64,000 nucleotides of DNA from Escherichia coli (GCF_030013595.1 NZ_CP122768.1), one strand, 5' to 3'; shown: positions 36,572 through 48,362, counted from the stretch's first letter. The notes: a model not told the origin generated them from the letters alone. Numbers and translations are program-made.

Positions 36572-39500
36572 TTAGTCATTTTGTTGACAGAAAACAGCTA
36601 TCTCCTGGTCCAGCTCTGCAATGTGTTCTTTAACAGAGTTCAGCAGCTGAAGAATTTCAGGCTTACTGTCATCTGAAACAGGTGTTATTTCTAACTGATG
36701 GCTAATATTAATCAACTTTTGCAAATTCAGGATGTTAGCCGCACCGTGGATGCGATGAATACACTGATGGAAAGTTCTGTTGTCGCCAGCTTCTAGTGCA
36801 TGAAACGCAGCGGGTAGATCTTTATGCGTTTCATGCTGGAAAGTCATGAGAATCTCCTGCATCAGTTGTAGATCGTTCGCCGTATTATTTTTCAGGGCCT
36901 CGATATCAAGGTGGCGATACTGAGGTGCAATAGGCGCAACCTGGTGTAACTGACTTAAATGTGTTTTCAGTACATCCAGGGTCAACGGTTTGAACAAACA
37001 TAAGTTCATGCCGCAATTTAACCCTTTTTCACGTTCGTTAGCCTGTGCGTTGGCTGTAAGCCCCCAGATGGGTAAGGCCGAATTTTGCTCACGGAGTTTG
37101 CGAGTCAACTCAAAACCATCCATATTCGGCATATTAACGTCAGTAATAAGCAGATCATAATGTTGCATACTGACTTTGTGTAGCGCTTGCACACCATCAG
37201 TGGCTTCATCAACATCATATCCTAATAGATTTAGCTGGCGTTTGAGTAATAGCCTGTTGGTCGGATGATCATCCGCGATTAATATGCTCAACTTTTCAGG
37301 GAGTGTCATAGGTTGTTCTGCTTTTGCCTCGACAGTCGCCACTTGTTGGGTAATTTCTACCGGGATTGTGATCGTAAATGTCGTTCCTATGCCTGGATGA
37401 CTTTCTAATGACAAATCGCCCTGCATGTTTTTAATTAATTCTTTGCAGATCATTAAGCCTAAACCAGAACCTGTTTGCTGACGACCTGCACTTGTTTGGC
37501 TATAGCGTTTAAACAGTTGTTGTTGTTCTTCCTGCGATAATCCACTTCCAGAATCCATAATCGTCATTTTGATTACAGCGTGGTTGTCATCAATGTTAAC
37601 CAGGGAGGTCGTAATTTTTACTGCCCCCTCGGTGGTAAATTTGAGAGCATTGCTCAGTAAATTAGATAAGACCTGCTTAAACGCCTGAGGGTCGATCTTA
37701 ACCAGGTAATGTTCAGGAAACGTACTGCTGCAACTTAATGCGATGGATTTGCTTGCAGCAATCGCACCGAAAGAGTGACAAGTGTTCTGGACTAAAGTAG
37801 GGATATCGACCCATTGTGGTTGAAGTTGATAGTTACCCGACTCAATTTTGTCGACATCAAGGATTTCACCAATTAAGCCGAGGAGTGATTGTCCGGTGGC
37901 GTAGGCAAGTGAAATCGCCTCCACCCGTTGTTCCTTGCTAAGACCAGAACCCGACAGAAGTTCCAGGAAGCCCATAATGGAGCTTATTGGTGTTCTTATT
38001 TCGTGACTCATTGTTGCCAGAAACTGACTTTTTGCGACAGTTGCATTGATCGCTTTATTTCTCTCTACTTCGAGAGCGTGAATTAAATCACGTGTCTCGG
38101 TAATATCTTGCCAACCACAAATATAAACAGCATGATCGCTGGCTGGCAGATTGCATAATGTATGCCAGTGATTAATGCATCTTTTCTCGATGCCATTATC
38201 AATTTCAAATACCTGTGTGTATATTGTTCGATTTTCTTTCGTTTCTGCTGTGACTTCATGCGCATTAGAAAAAACATCTTTAAAGGGTGAGTCACTGTTT
38301 TCTAATGGTAACATTGCATTTTTGTAGTAATCCGCAGTGAAATAATGTTCAAAAGCACTATTATGACTAATGACATTACCTTGCCAGTTTACAACATAAG
38401 TTGGATTCGGTAAGGAATCCGAGAGTGCTTTTCGGAATGATATTTGGTTTTCTAAATCACCCTGAATGACTTTACGACGACGAACTGAGCGTAACAGGTA
38501 GAATCCCCATAAAAGGCTACTGCCAACTAATAAAACGGATAATGTCGTGACAATATAAAATTGCTCGCTATAGAGGTCCCATGTGTCAATGGTCACATTG
38601 GGCATTTTAATCCATTTTTCCGTCAGGCGCAGAACTTCGCTTGGGGGAATTGCATTCAGAGCTTTATTAATAATATCCTTAAGTTCCGGTTCTCCGCGAG
38701 GAAAAGCGAACGAAAGCGATGCATTCTGAACGCCGGGAATAAGAAAATGATAAAGTTCATTAGGATAGTAATGGTCGATCATGTAACGCGAATTTAGCTG
38801 TGTCGCGACCAGAGCATCAAGTTCACCTTCCTTGACCTTGTGAAATGCAGCGCTGGCGTTATCGACTTTTATCCACTCTACCTCCGGATACATCTCTTTT
38901 AATTGCGAATGCAGCTCATAATAATATGGAATGGCAACTTTCATTCCTTTTTTTAATGTTTGTTCACTGTCAGGCGCTTTTTGCATGACAAAAACGTAAG
39001 GCGTTGTTATGAAGGCTTCAGCAAATAAAACATTATTTTCTCTATCTTCACTATAAATAGCACCGGGTAATATATCCCATCCGCCGGGATTCAGCTGTGT
39101 TCCAGCATGGATATTGTGTGAAACGGTGATCGGAGAAAAATTTAAACCTGTTTGCAAGGTAATAATATTAAGAATATCCCCCATAACGCCCCGAACCGAG
39201 CCATTTTCATCCGTCATAGAATAGGGAGGGGAGTAAGGATTTTCCAACACCTTTAAATCGGGATGCTGCTTAATCCACTGTTTTTCATGTTCAGTGAGTT
39301 CTAATGGTTTGTTCAGAAAGGCCAGGTTTCCTGTATCAAGCCAATTTTGTGATACTTCATAGCGAACTTCGTTTGTCAAAGCATCAACAAATCGATTGAG
39401 TACTTCATTAAGAACGACAGATTCTTTTCTGGTCAAGAAAAAATTATATTGACGCGGTGAGTTATAATATTTCACTACATTTAAGGAGTGAGTGAAATAG

Positions 39501-40165
39501 CGGGAAATCATACTGCTGGTAATAATGTTACTACCAATAAAGTAATCATTCTGTCCGGCTGAGACGGATGCTAATGCCTGATATAAATTTGTAAAAGAGA
39601 TAATTGTTGCTTTTGGAAATGATTGATGAATTACCTCATCTGGAGGGTAATTTGCTACCCGAGCAATATTTACTGGTTTTGATGAGGTAAGCGGTCTCAT
39701 TGAATCGTGAAGGGTGGTGACCAGCGCCGGAAAGGTAATTATCAGCGGTTTGGTTGCAGCAATGTCATCATTAAGAGGCGGCGAAGCAACTAAATGTGAT
39801 AACACTATATCGACTTCCCCTTCTGTAAGCGCGTCCATTGCTTTTTGATGATCTGCGTATTCCCGGAGTGTTAATTTGATATTTAACGCTCTTTTTAAAA
39901 GATTTAAATAATCAGCATTAATACCACGAACCCGTTGCTGCGAATCGGTACGCAACAAAGTAGCCGTTTGGGACTTGTGTACTGCAATCACAAGATTTTT
40001 TTTGCTCGCTAACCAACGTAATTCCTTGTTGCTCAGACGTAGTGGATCAAGCGTGACACGGTTGTTACTACTGATGCCACGATATTCGATGTAATCTTCG
40101 TCTGCGAAACTTATAGTCGACCAAAGACCACAACAGAGAAGAATAATATAGGGTAAAAACTTCAT
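36572..40165 (-). CDS. evgS: hybrid sensor histidine kinase (periplasmic SBP-like domains, HisKA, REC, HPt)
   Basis: 1197-aa ORF. Confidence 0.95.
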   Translation of the reverse strand: MKFLPYIILLCCGLWSTISFADEDYIEYRGISSNNRVTLDPLRLSNKELRWLASKKNLVIAVHKSQTATLLRTDSQQRVRGINADYLNLLKRALNIKLTLREYADHQKAMDALTEGEVDIVLSHLVASPPLNDDIAATKPLIITFPALVTTLHDSMRPLTSSKPVNIARVANYPPDEVIHQSFPKATIISFTNLYQALASVSAGQNDYFIGSNIITSSMISRYFTHSLNVVKYYNSPRQYNFFLTRKESVVLNEVLNRFVDALTNEVRYEVSQNWLDTGNLAFLNKPLELTEHEKQWIKQHPDLKVLENPYSPPYSMTDENGSVRGVMGDILNIITLQTGLNFSPITVSHNIHAGTQLNPGGWDILPGAIYSEDRENNVLFAEAFITTPYVFVMQKAPDSEQTLKKGMKVAIPYYYELHSQLKEMYPEVEWIKVDNASAAFHKVKEGELDALVATQLNSRYMIDHYYPNELYHFLIPGVQNASLSFAFPRGEPELKDIINKALNAIPPSEVLRLTEKWIKMPNVTIDTWDLYSEQFYIVTTLSVLLVGSSLLWGFYLLRSVRRRKVIQGDLENQISFRKALSDSLPNPTYVVNWQGNVISHNSAFEHYFTADYYKNAMLPLENSDSPFKDVFSNAHEVTAETKENRTIYTQVFEIDNGIEKRCINHWHTLCNLPASDHAVYICGWQDITETRDLIHALEVERNKAINATVAKSQFLATMSHEIRTPISSIMGFLELLSGSGLSKEQRVEAISLAYATGQSLLGLIGEILDVDKIESGNYQLQPQWVDIPTLVQNTCHSFGAIAASKSIALSCSSTFPEHYLVKIDPQAFKQVLSNLLSNALKFTTEGAVKITTSLVNIDDNHAVIKMTIMDSGSGLSQEEQQQLFKRYSQTSAGRQQTGSGLGLMICKELIKNMQGDLSLESHPGIGTTFTITIPVEITQQVATVEAKAEQPMTLPEKLSILIADDHPTNRLLLKRQLNLLGYDVDEATDGVQALHKVSMQHYDLLITDVNMPNMDGFELTRKLREQNSALPIWGLTANAQANEREKGLNCGMNLCLFKPLTLDVLKTHLSQLHQVAPIAPQYRHLDIEALKNNTANDLQLMQEILMTFQHETHKDLPAAFHALEAGDNRTFHQCIHRIHGAANILNLQKLINISHQLEITPVSDDSKPEILQLLNSVKEHIAELDQEIAVFCQQND

Positions 40166-40169
40166 GTGG

Positions 40170-40784
40170 TTAGCCGATTTTGTTACGTTGTGCGAATGTG
40201 TAAAGATCCATCAGTGATTTACATTCTAATTTTTCCATCAGGCGACTTTTATAAGTGCTGACAGTTTTGTTGCTGATGAACATTTTTTCCGCAATGTCAT
40301 TATTATCCTTGCCATCAAGAATATATCGCATGACACTAATTTCTTGTTTCGATAAGGAGTCGAGTTTTTGCTGGTCGGACGTTAAACTTCCAACAAACCG
40401 GTTGAGAGAGAAGGGGAAATAGCAGTAGCCATTTTTTGCAGCTTCAATAGCCGCAATGATATTGTTCATGCCTTCTTTTTTACTCACGAATCCATTAGCG
40501 CCAGCATCAGCACAATGTTTCCCGTAAAAATGGTCATTTTTAGCGGAGACGATAATAATAATTCCGCTATATTGGCGCTTCCTCAGCGTTTCTAACACCT
40601 GGATACCGTTAACTCCGGGGATATCGACATCAATGATGACGATATCAGGTTTAAGTGTTTCCACCCGCTGAACGGCACTTCCCCCTTCAGTCAACTCCGC
40701 TAAGATTTCAATATCGTTTTTGATCAATAAATTACGAATTGCTGCGATAGCAAGAGGATGGTCATCAATAATTATTGCGTTCAT
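40170..40784 (-). CDS. evgA: NarL/FixJ-family response regulator
   Basis: 204-aa ORF with REC and LuxR-type HTH. Confidence 0.95.
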   Translation of the reverse strand: MNAIIIDDHPLAIAAIRNLLIKNDIEILAELTEGGSAVQRVETLKPDIVIIDVDIPGVNGIQVLETLRKRQYSGIIIIVSAKNDHFYGKHCADAGANGFVSKKEGMNNIIAAIEAAKNGYCYFPFSLNRFVGSLTSDQQKLDSLSKQEISVMRYILDGKDNNDIAEKMFISNKTVSTYKSRLMEKLECKSLMDLYTFAQRNKIG

Positions 40785-41199
40785 AGATTATTCCCTTGGC
40801 AATGAAGCATCTCCCTTCTCCCTGTAGTAATACAGACATAAGGCATCATCTCATTTTCTCAATAAAAATAAGAAAATTTGAGCTTCCTTTAAGATAATTC
40901 GACAAGTATACCATATAAATAGTCGGCATAAATGAAATGTCAACAATAAAATCAGGGATTGTACCGATGATTTATAGTTTCACATTAGCACTATAAGTCT
41001 TCTCACTAATCCTACATGCGTAAGAATTGTATTGCAAAAGCTACGGTTTAGTCCTCTGTTGTTTTTTTTGCACCTCATTTAAATTAGGCCTCCAACGTTC
41101 CTGGGACAATGTGCAACACATGCACTGTGTTTGATATGAAGAATGAATACTCTTTTCATTCAATTCATAAATTTCATCTATGCGAAATGAGAGATAATA

Positions 41200-42363
41200 G
41201 TGGAACAGATTAATTCAAATAAAAAACATTCTAACAGAAGAAAATACTTTTCTTTATTGGCGGTAGTTTTATTTATTGCGTTTTCAGGTGCCTATGCCTA
41301 TTGGTCAATGGAATTAGAAGACATGATTAGTACAGATGATGCCTATGTCACGGGGAATGCAGATCCAATTTCTGCACAAGTTTCAGGCAGCGTCACTGTC
41401 GTTAATCATAAAGATACGAACTACGTTCGACAGGGTGACATTTTAGTCTCACTGGATAAGACTGATGCCACTATCGCACTCAATAAAGCTAAAAATAATC
41501 TGGCAAATATTGTTCGGCAAACGAATAAACTGTACTTACAGGATAAACAATACAGTGCCGAAGTCGCTTCAGCACGTATTCAGTATCAACAATCTTTAGA
41601 AGATTATAACCGTCGTGTGCCTTTAGCGAAGCAGGGGGTTATTTCAAAAGAAACGCTGGAGCATACCAAAGATACGTTAATAAGTAGCAAAGCGGCATTG
41701 AATGCCGCTATCCAGGCTTATAAAGCGAATAAAGCTTTAGTAATGAACACACCATTAAACCGTCAGCCACAAGTCGTTGAAGCTGCGGATGCAACCAAAG
41801 AAGCCTGGTTGGCGCTTAAACGTACGGATATTAAGAGTCCGGTTACCGGCTATATTGCCCAGCGAAGTGTTCAGGTCGGCGAAACAGTGAGTCCCGGACA
41901 ATCGTTAATGGCTGTCGTACCGGCACGTCAAATGTGGGTTAATGCTAACTTTAAAGAAACACAACTCACGGATGTACGGATTGGTCAATCGGTCAATATT
42001 ATCAGCGATCTTTATGGTGAAAATGTTGTGTTTCATGGTCGGGTGACAGGGATCAATATGGGAACCGGCAATGCGTTCTCCTTATTACCTGCACAAAATG
42101 CGACAGGGAACTGGATCAAAATCGTTCAGCGTGTACCGGTTGAAGTTTCTCTTGATCCAAAAGAACTCATGGAACATCCCTTACGTATTGGTTTATCGAT
42201 GACAGCAACTATTGATACGAAGAACGAAGACATTGCCGAGATGCCTGAGCTGGCTTCAACCGTGACGTCCATGCCTGCTTATACCAGTAAGGCTTTAGTT
42301 ATCGATACCAGTCCGATAGAAAAAGAAATTAGCAACATTATTTCGCATAATGGACAACTTTAA
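41200..42363 (+). CDS. emrK: multidrug efflux membrane fusion protein
   Basis: 387-aa ORF, GTG start, HlyD-family. Confidence 0.9.
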   Translation: MEQINSNKKHSNRRKYFSLLAVVLFIAFSGAYAYWSMELEDMISTDDAYVTGNADPISAQVSGSVTVVNHKDTNYVRQGDILVSLDKTDATIALNKAKNNLANIVRQTNKLYLQDKQYSAEVASARIQYQQSLEDYNRRVPLAKQGVISKETLEHTKDTLISSKAALNAAIQAYKANKALVMNTPLNRQPQVVEAADATKEAWLALKRTDIKSPVTGYIAQRSVQVGETVSPGQSLMAVVPARQMWVNANFKETQLTDVRIGQSVNIISDLYGENVVFHGRVTGINMGTGNAFSLLPAQNATGNWIKIVQRVPVEVSLDPKELMEHPLRIGLSMTATIDTKNEDIAEMPELASTVTSMPAYTSKALVIDTSPIEKEISNIISHNGQL

Positions 42364-43901
42364 TGGCAATCACTAAATCAACTCCGGCACCATTAACCGG
42401 TGGGACGTTATGGTGCGTCACTATTGCATTGTCATTAGCGACGTTTATGCAAATGTTGGATTCCACTATTTCTAACGTCGCAATACCGACAATATCTGGC
42501 TTTCTGGGAGCATCAACAGACGAAGGCACCTGGGTTATCACTTCGTTTGGCGTAGCAAATGCCATTGCGATCCCTGTTACCGGCAGGCTGGCACAAAGAA
42601 TAGGCGAATTAAGATTATTTTTACTTTCAGTCACTTTTTTTTCGCTGTCTTCCTTAATGTGTAGCCTATCGACCAATCTTGATGTGCTGATATTTTTTAG
42701 AGTCGTTCAGGGGTTAATGGCGGGGCCGTTAATTCCACTGTCACAGAGTTTATTATTAAGGAATTATCCGCCAGAAAAAAGAACATTTGCTTTGGCATTA
42801 TGGTCAATGACCGTAATTATCGCTCCGATATGTGGGCCGATATTGGGCGGCTATATTTGCGATAACTTTAGCTGGGGTTGGATATTTTTAATCAATGTCC
42901 CTATGGGGATTATCGTCCTGACATTATGCTTAACCTTACTTAAAGGAAGAGAAACTGAGACTTCACCGGTCAAAATGAATCTACCAGGACTGACCCTGTT
43001 AGTGCTCGGTGTTGGTGGCTTGCAAATTATGCTCGATAAAGGGCGCGATCTGGATTGGTTCAACTCGAGTACAATAATAATACTAACAGTAGTGTCAGTT
43101 ATTTCTCTGATCTCTTTAGTCATTTGGGAGTCGACCTCAGAGAATCCGATTCTTGACCTCAGTTTGTTTAAGTCCCGTAATTTCACCATTGGTATTGTGA
43201 GTATCACATGCGCGTATTTATTTTACTCTGGGGCAATAGTCCTTATGCCGCAATTACTCCAGGAAACGATGGGGTATAATGCGATATGGGCCGGACTTGC
43301 CTATGCGCCCATCGGCATCATGCCGCTATTAATATCACCTTTGATAGGACGTTATGGCAACAAAATTGATATGCGGTTATTGGTGACATTTAGTTTTTTA
43401 ATGTATGCGGTTTGCTATTACTGGCGTTCTGTGACATTTATGCCAACGATTGATTTTACAGGCATCATTTTGCCACAGTTTTTCCAGGGATTCGCCGTTG
43501 CCTGTTTCTTTTTACCCTTAACAACGATTTCGTTTTCAGGGTTGCCAGATAATAAATTTGCCAATGCCTCGAGTATGAGTAATTTTTTTCGTACCTTGTC
43601 AGGATCAGTTGGTACGTCGTTGACAATGACGCTGTGGGGACGACGCGAATCGTTACACCATAGTCAGTTGACAGCAACCATCGATCAATTTAACCCCGCG
43701 TTTAATTCATCGTCACAAATTATGGATAAATACTATGGTTCGCTTTCAGGAGTTCTTAATGAAATTAATAGTGAAATAACCCAGCAGTCACTTTCTATTT
43801 CTGCAAATGAGATTTTCCGTATGGCGGCTATTGCTTTTATCTTACTTACGGTTTTGGTTTGGTTTGCGAAACCGCCGTTTACAGCGAAAGGCGTTGGGTG
43901 A
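42363..43901 (+). CDS. emrY: MFS multidrug efflux pump (14-TM DHA2 family)
   Basis: 512-aa ORF; ATG overlaps emrK stop (TAATG). Confidence 0.95.
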   Translation: MAITKSTPAPLTGGTLWCVTIALSLATFMQMLDSTISNVAIPTISGFLGASTDEGTWVITSFGVANAIAIPVTGRLAQRIGELRLFLLSVTFFSLSSLMCSLSTNLDVLIFFRVVQGLMAGPLIPLSQSLLLRNYPPEKRTFALALWSMTVIIAPICGPILGGYICDNFSWGWIFLINVPMGIIVLTLCLTLLKGRETETSPVKMNLPGLTLLVLGVGGLQIMLDKGRDLDWFNSSTIIILTVVSVISLISLVIWESTSENPILDLSLFKSRNFTIGIVSITCAYLFYSGAIVLMPQLLQETMGYNAIWAGLAYAPIGIMPLLISPLIGRYGNKIDMRLLVTFSFLMYAVCYYWRSVTFMPTIDFTGIILPQFFQGFAVACFFLPLTTISFSGLPDNKFANASSMSNFFRTLSGSVGTSLTMTLWGRRESLHHSQLTATIDQFNPAFNSSSQIMDKYYGSLSGVLNEINSEITQQSLSISANEIFRMAAIAFILLTVLVWFAKPPFTAKGVG

Positions 43902-44008
43902 TGGTAAAAGCAGGGGGTTATAGCGGGTAAGACCGGGGATCTTAAGTCTGCGCCATCGGCAGCATCGCTCACCCAGGGAAAGGATGGCGATGCTGCATTG
44001 AAAATTAA

Positions 44009-45337
44009 TTAGCGGCCTTTTGCCAGATATTGCTCCATCTCTTCTTCCGGCACCATTCCACCTCCCGTCGCCCACACCAGATGAGTGGCATTACGCAGTT
44101 GTTCTGCGCTGAAACCGTGCATCTGTTGGTAACTTACTGATGCGCACACGCGCTGAGGCCCGGCCATACCCGCCAGTGCCGAAGGTTCAAGACGAATACC
44201 TTCTTCCTGCGCCAGCCAGCCAAGCATGTCATACATGGTTTGATCGCTAAGGGTATAGAAGCCATCCAGTAGACGCTCCATTGCCCGCCCGACAAAGCCT
44301 GATGCGCGACCAACTGCAAGGCCATCCGCTGCGGTAAGGTTGTCGATACCAATATCCTGAACAGAAATCTGATCGTGTAATCCTGTATGGACGCCTAACA
44401 GCATACAAGGGGAGTGCGTTGGTTCGGCAAAAAAGCAGTGAACATGATCGCCAAATGCCAGTTTAAGCCCGAATGCGACGCCACCAGGACCACCGCCAAC
44501 ACCACACGGCAGATAGACAAACAGAGGGTTATCAGCATCGACAATACGACCTTGCTCGGCAAATTGCGCTTTAAGACGCTGGCCTGCGACGGAATACCCA
44601 AGGAACAACGTGCGGGAATTCTCGTCATCAATAAAGAAACAGTTCGGGTCAGACTGCGCTGCTTTACGTCCTTCCTCGACTGCAACACCATAATCTTGCT
44701 CATATTCCACGACCGTAACGCCATGGCTGCGCAGTTTCGCTTTTTTCCATGCCCGGGCATCAGAAGACATATGTACTGTCACCTTAAAGCCAATGCGGGC
44801 GCTCATAATGCCGATTGATAACCCCAGATTTCCGGTTGAGCCCACAGCAATGCTGTATTGGCTAAAGAACTGTTTAAACTCCGGAGAAAGCAGTTTGCTG
44901 TAGTCATCTTCAGGCGTCAGCAACCCCGCTTCCAGAGCCAGTTTTTCTGCATGTGCCAGGACTTCATAAATCCCGCCGCGTGCTTTTATGGAGCCGGAAA
45001 TGGGCAAATGGCTATCTTTTTTCAGTAGCAGTTGCCCGCTGATCGGTTGTTGATATTCCTTTTCCAGCCGTTTTTGCATAGCCGGAATGGCAACCAGTTC
45101 TGATTCAATAATCCCCCCAGTCGCAGCAGTTTCAGGAAATGCTTTTGCCAGATAGGGTGCAAAACGGGATAAGCGCGCATGGGCGTCCTGAACATCCTGT
45201 TCGGTCAGGCCAACATAAGGTAAACCTTCAGCCAATGAGGTCGTGCCAGGATTAAACCAGGTGGTTTCTTTAAGAGCAACCAGATCCTTTACCAACGGAT
45301 ACTGGGCGATGAGCGAGTTCATTTTAGCGTTTTCCAT
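44009..45337 (-). CDS. dsdA: D-serine ammonia-lyase (dehydratase)
   Basis: 442-aa PLP-dependent ORF (..SGSIKARGG..). Confidence 0.95.
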   Translation of the reverse strand: MENAKMNSLIAQYPLVKDLVALKETTWFNPGTTSLAEGLPYVGLTEQDVQDAHARLSRFAPYLAKAFPETAATGGIIESELVAIPAMQKRLEKEYQQPISGQLLLKKDSHLPISGSIKARGGIYEVLAHAEKLALEAGLLTPEDDYSKLLSPEFKQFFSQYSIAVGSTGNLGLSIGIMSARIGFKVTVHMSSDARAWKKAKLRSHGVTVVEYEQDYGVAVEEGRKAAQSDPNCFFIDDENSRTLFLGYSVAGQRLKAQFAEQGRIVDADNPLFVYLPCGVGGGPGGVAFGLKLAFGDHVHCFFAEPTHSPCMLLGVHTGLHDQISVQDIGIDNLTAADGLAVGRASGFVGRAMERLLDGFYTLSDQTMYDMLGWLAQEEGIRLEPSALAGMAGPQRVCASVSYQQMHGFSAEQLRNATHLVWATGGGMVPEEEMEQYLAKGR

Positions 45338-45354
45338 AGTACGTCTCTTTGCGC

Positions 45355-45590
45355 TTAGATGATAAATGACAGCAGGAATGTGCCCGCCAGAGCGACGACT
45401 GAAGCGATAAATGTCGCGGTCGTATAGTATTTAAATGTTTCATTGAGCGTAGCGCCGCAATATTGCTTCACCAGCCAGAAAAGCGAGTCCGTAACGATCG
45501 TGCAGCCAATCGCACCTGAACCGATAGCAATCGCAATAATTTCCGGGCTGATGTCGGGATACAGCGGCAGCACAATGATCCATATTTATA
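45355..45590 (-). pseudogene. dsdX: 3' remnant of dsdX (GntP-family D-serine permease), truncated by the csc insertion
   Basis: Only a C-terminal hydrophobic stretch (...SPEIIAIAIGSGAIGCTIVTDSLFWLVKQY...TFLLSFII) remains immediately upstream of dsdA; no N-terminal part and no dsdC; upstream boundary approximate. Confidence 0.7.
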
Positions 45591-45815
45591 TTTTCTTCTC
45601 CAGATTGGCGATGCCAGTTGGCATGTTTTACCTACTTGTCTACATGGTTACTCGTTGGCGAGAACAGAGGCGGAATTGGGTACAATTGTCCGGGAATTAT
45701 TGTTATTTTTTATTGTATTGCCGTGTCGGGTGATAGGGCGTCGAGAATATCGTTGGATCTCGCCAGTGACGTCTGTTTCTGCTACAGTGCCCGTTTTACG
45801 GCAAACGGCTTGGGT

Positions 45816-46811
45816 ATGGCTTCATTAAAGGATGTCGCACGCCTGGCGGGAGTGTCGATGATGACAGTCTCCCGGGTGATGCATAATGCAGAATCTGTGC
45901 GTCCTGCAACGCGTAACCGCGTATTGCAGGCAATCCAGACCCTGAATTATGTTCCTGATCTTTCCGCCCGTAAGATGCGCGCTCAAGGACGTAAGCCGTC
46001 GACTCTCGCCGTGCTGGCGCAGGACACGGCCACCACTCCTTTCTCTGTTGATATTCTGCTTGCCATTGAGCAAACCGCCAGCGAGTTTGGCTGGAATAGT
46101 TTTTTAATCAATATTTTTTCTGAAGATGACGCTGCCCGCGCGGCACGTCAGCTGCTTGCCCACCGTCCGGATGGCATTATCTATACTACAATGGGGCTGC
46201 GACATATCACGCTGCCTGAGTCTCTGTATGGTGAAAATATTGTATTGGCGAACTGTGTGGCGGATGACCCAGCGTTACCCAGTTATATCCCTGATGATTA
46301 CACTGCACAATATGAATCAACACAGCATTTGCTCGCGGCGGGCTATCGTCAACCGTTATGCTTCTGGCTACCGGAAAGTGCGTTGGCAACAGGGTATCGT
46401 CGGCAGGGATTTGAGCAGGCCTGGCGTGATGCTGGACGAGATCTGGCTGAGGTGAAACAATTTCACATGGCAACAGGTGATGATCACTACACCGATCTCG
46501 CAAGTTTACTCAATGCCCACTTCAAATCGGGCAAACCAGATTTTGATGTTCTGATATGTGGTAACGATCGCGCAGCCTTTGTGGCTTATCAGGTTCTTTT
46601 GGCGAAGGGGGTACGTATCCCGAAGGATGTCGCCGTAATGGGCTTTGATAATCTGGTTGGCGTCGGGCATCTGTTTTTACCGCCGCTGACCACAATTCAG
46701 CTTCCACATGACATTATCGGGCGGGAAGCTGCATTGCATATTATTGAAGGTCGTGAAGGGGGAAGAGTGACGCGGATCCCTTGCCCGCTGTTGATCCGTT
46801 GTTCCACCTGA
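45816..46811 (+). CDS. cscR: LacI-family sucrose operon repressor
   Basis: ORF 45618-46811; start refined to ATG 45816 (MASLKDVARLAGVSMMTVSRV..., 331 aa); LacI-type HTH plus periplasmic-binding-protein fold. Confidence 0.85.
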   Translation: MASLKDVARLAGVSMMTVSRVMHNAESVRPATRNRVLQAIQTLNYVPDLSARKMRAQGRKPSTLAVLAQDTATTPFSVDILLAIEQTASEFGWNSFLINIFSEDDAARAARQLLAHRPDGIIYTTMGLRHITLPESLYGENIVLANCVADDPALPSYIPDDYTAQYESTQHLLAAGYRQPLCFWLPESALATGYRRQGFEQAWRDAGRDLAEVKQFHMATGDDHYTDLASLLNAHFKSGKPDFDVLICGNDRAAFVAYQVLLAKGVRIPKDVAVMGFDNLVGVGHLFLPPLTTIQLPHDIIGREAALHIIEGREGGRVTRIPCPLLIRCST

Positions 46812-46818
46812 TATTATG

Positions 46819-48252
46819 TTAACCCAGTTGCCAGAGTGCTCCATGTTGCAGCACAGCCACTCCGTGGGAGGCATAGAGCGACAGTTCCCGTTCTTCTGGC
46901 TGCGGATATATTCGGCTACTCATCACCGCCTCCCCGTCGTTAATAAATACTTCCACGGATGATGTATCGATAAATATCCTTAGGGCGAGCATGTCACCCT
47001 GCGGGAGGGGAATACTACGGTAGCCATCTAAATTCTCGTGTGGGTAATACCGCCACAAAACAAGTCGCTCAGATTGGTTATCAATATACAGCCGCATTCC
47101 AGCGCCGAGCTGTAATCCGTAATGTTCGGCATCACTGTTCTTCAGCGCCCACTGCAACTGAATCTCAACTGCTTGCGCGTTTTCCTGCAAAACATATTTA
47201 TTGCTGATTGTGCGGGGAGAGATAGATTGATGCTGCTGGCGTAACGACTCAGCTTCGTGTACCGGGCGTTGTAGGAGTTTGCCATTGCTCTCTGATAGCT
47301 CGCGCGCCAGCGTCATGCAGCCTGCCCAGCCTTCACGTTTTGAGGGCATTGGCGATTCCCACATATCCATCCAGCCGATAACAATACGCCGACCATCCTT
47401 CGCTACAAAGCTTTGTGGTGCATAAAAGTCATGCCCGTTATCAAGTTCAGTAAAATGCCCGGATTGTGCAAAAAGTCGTCCTGGCGACCACATTCCGGGT
47501 ATTACGCCACTTTGAAAGCGATTTCGATAACTGTATCCCTCGGCATTCATTCCCTGCGGGGAAAACATCAGATAATGCTGATCGCCAAGGCTGAAAAAGT
47601 CCGGACATTCCCACATATAGCTTTCACCCGCATCAGCGTGGGCCAGTACGCGATCGAAAGTCCATTCACGCAATGAACTGCCGCGATAAAGCAGGATCTG
47701 CCCCGTGTTGCCTGGGTCTTTCGCCCCGACTACCATCCACCATGTGTCGGCTTCACGCCACACTTTAGGATCGCGGAAGTGCATGATGCCTTCTGGTGGA
47801 GTGAGGATCACACCCTGTTTCTCGAAATGAATACCATCCCGACTGGTAGCCAGACATTGTACTTCGCGAATTGCATCGTCATTACCTGCACCATCGAGCC
47901 AGACGTGTCCGGTGTAGATAAGTGAGAGGACACCATTGTCATCGACAGCACTACCTGAAAAACACCCGTCTTTGTCATTCTCGTCTCCTGGCGCTAGCGC
48001 AATAGGCTCATGCTGCCAGTGGATCATATCGTCGCTGGTGGCATGTCCCCAGTGCATTGGCCCCCAGTGTTCGCTCATCGGGTGATGTTGATAAAACGCG
48101 TGATAACGATCGTTAAACCAGATCAGGCCGTTTGGATCGTTCATCCACCCGGCAGGAGGCGCGAGGTGAAAATGGGGATAGAAAGTGTTACCTCGGCGCT
48201 CGTGAAGTTTTGCTAGTGCGTTTTGCGCCGCATGCAATCGAGATTGCGTCAT
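46819..48252 (-). CDS. cscA: sucrose-6-phosphate hydrolase/invertase (GH32)
   Basis: ORF 46819-48261 (start 48252 or 48261); GH32 motifs WMNDPNG and RDP present. Confidence 0.9.
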   Translation of the reverse strand: MTQSRLHAAQNALAKLHERRGNTFYPHFHLAPPAGWMNDPNGLIWFNDRYHAFYQHHPMSEHWGPMHWGHATSDDMIHWQHEPIALAPGDENDKDGCFSGSAVDDNGVLSLIYTGHVWLDGAGNDDAIREVQCLATSRDGIHFEKQGVILTPPEGIMHFRDPKVWREADTWWMVVGAKDPGNTGQILLYRGSSLREWTFDRVLAHADAGESYMWECPDFFSLGDQHYLMFSPQGMNAEGYSYRNRFQSGVIPGMWSPGRLFAQSGHFTELDNGHDFYAPQSFVAKDGRRIVIGWMDMWESPMPSKREGWAGCMTLARELSESNGKLLQRPVHEAESLRQQHQSISPRTISNKYVLQENAQAVEIQLQWALKNSDAEHYGLQLGAGMRLYIDNQSERLVLWRYYPHENLDGYRSIPLPQGDMLALRIFIDTSSVEVFINDGEAVMSSRIYPQPEERELSLYASHGVAVLQHGALWQLG

Positions 48253-48286
48253 TTTAATCATCCTGGTTAAGCAAATTTGGTGAATT

Positions 48287-48298
48287 GTTAACGTTAAC
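48287..48298. promoter_or_regulatory. putative CscR operator (palindrome GTTAACGTTAAC), copy 1
   Basis: Perfect 12-bp palindrome in the divergent cscA/cscK promoter region. Confidence 0.4.
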
Positions 48299-48350
48299 TT
48301 TTATAAAAATAAAGTCCCTTACTTTCATAAATGCGATGAATATCACAAAT

Positions 48351-48362
48351 GTTAACGTTAAC
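48351..48362. promoter_or_regulatory. putative CscR operator (palindrome GTTAACGTTAAC), copy 2
   Basis: Identical 12-bp palindrome 52 bp from copy 1. Confidence 0.4.

Noticed and set aside
40999-41026. Possible EvgA box (TTCTCAC ... GTAAGAA inverted repeat) upstream of emrK
   Set aside because: Half-sites resemble the EvgA consensus but the spacing does not fit the 18-bp TTCYTACA-N2-TGTARGAA arrangement; cannot support without footprint data
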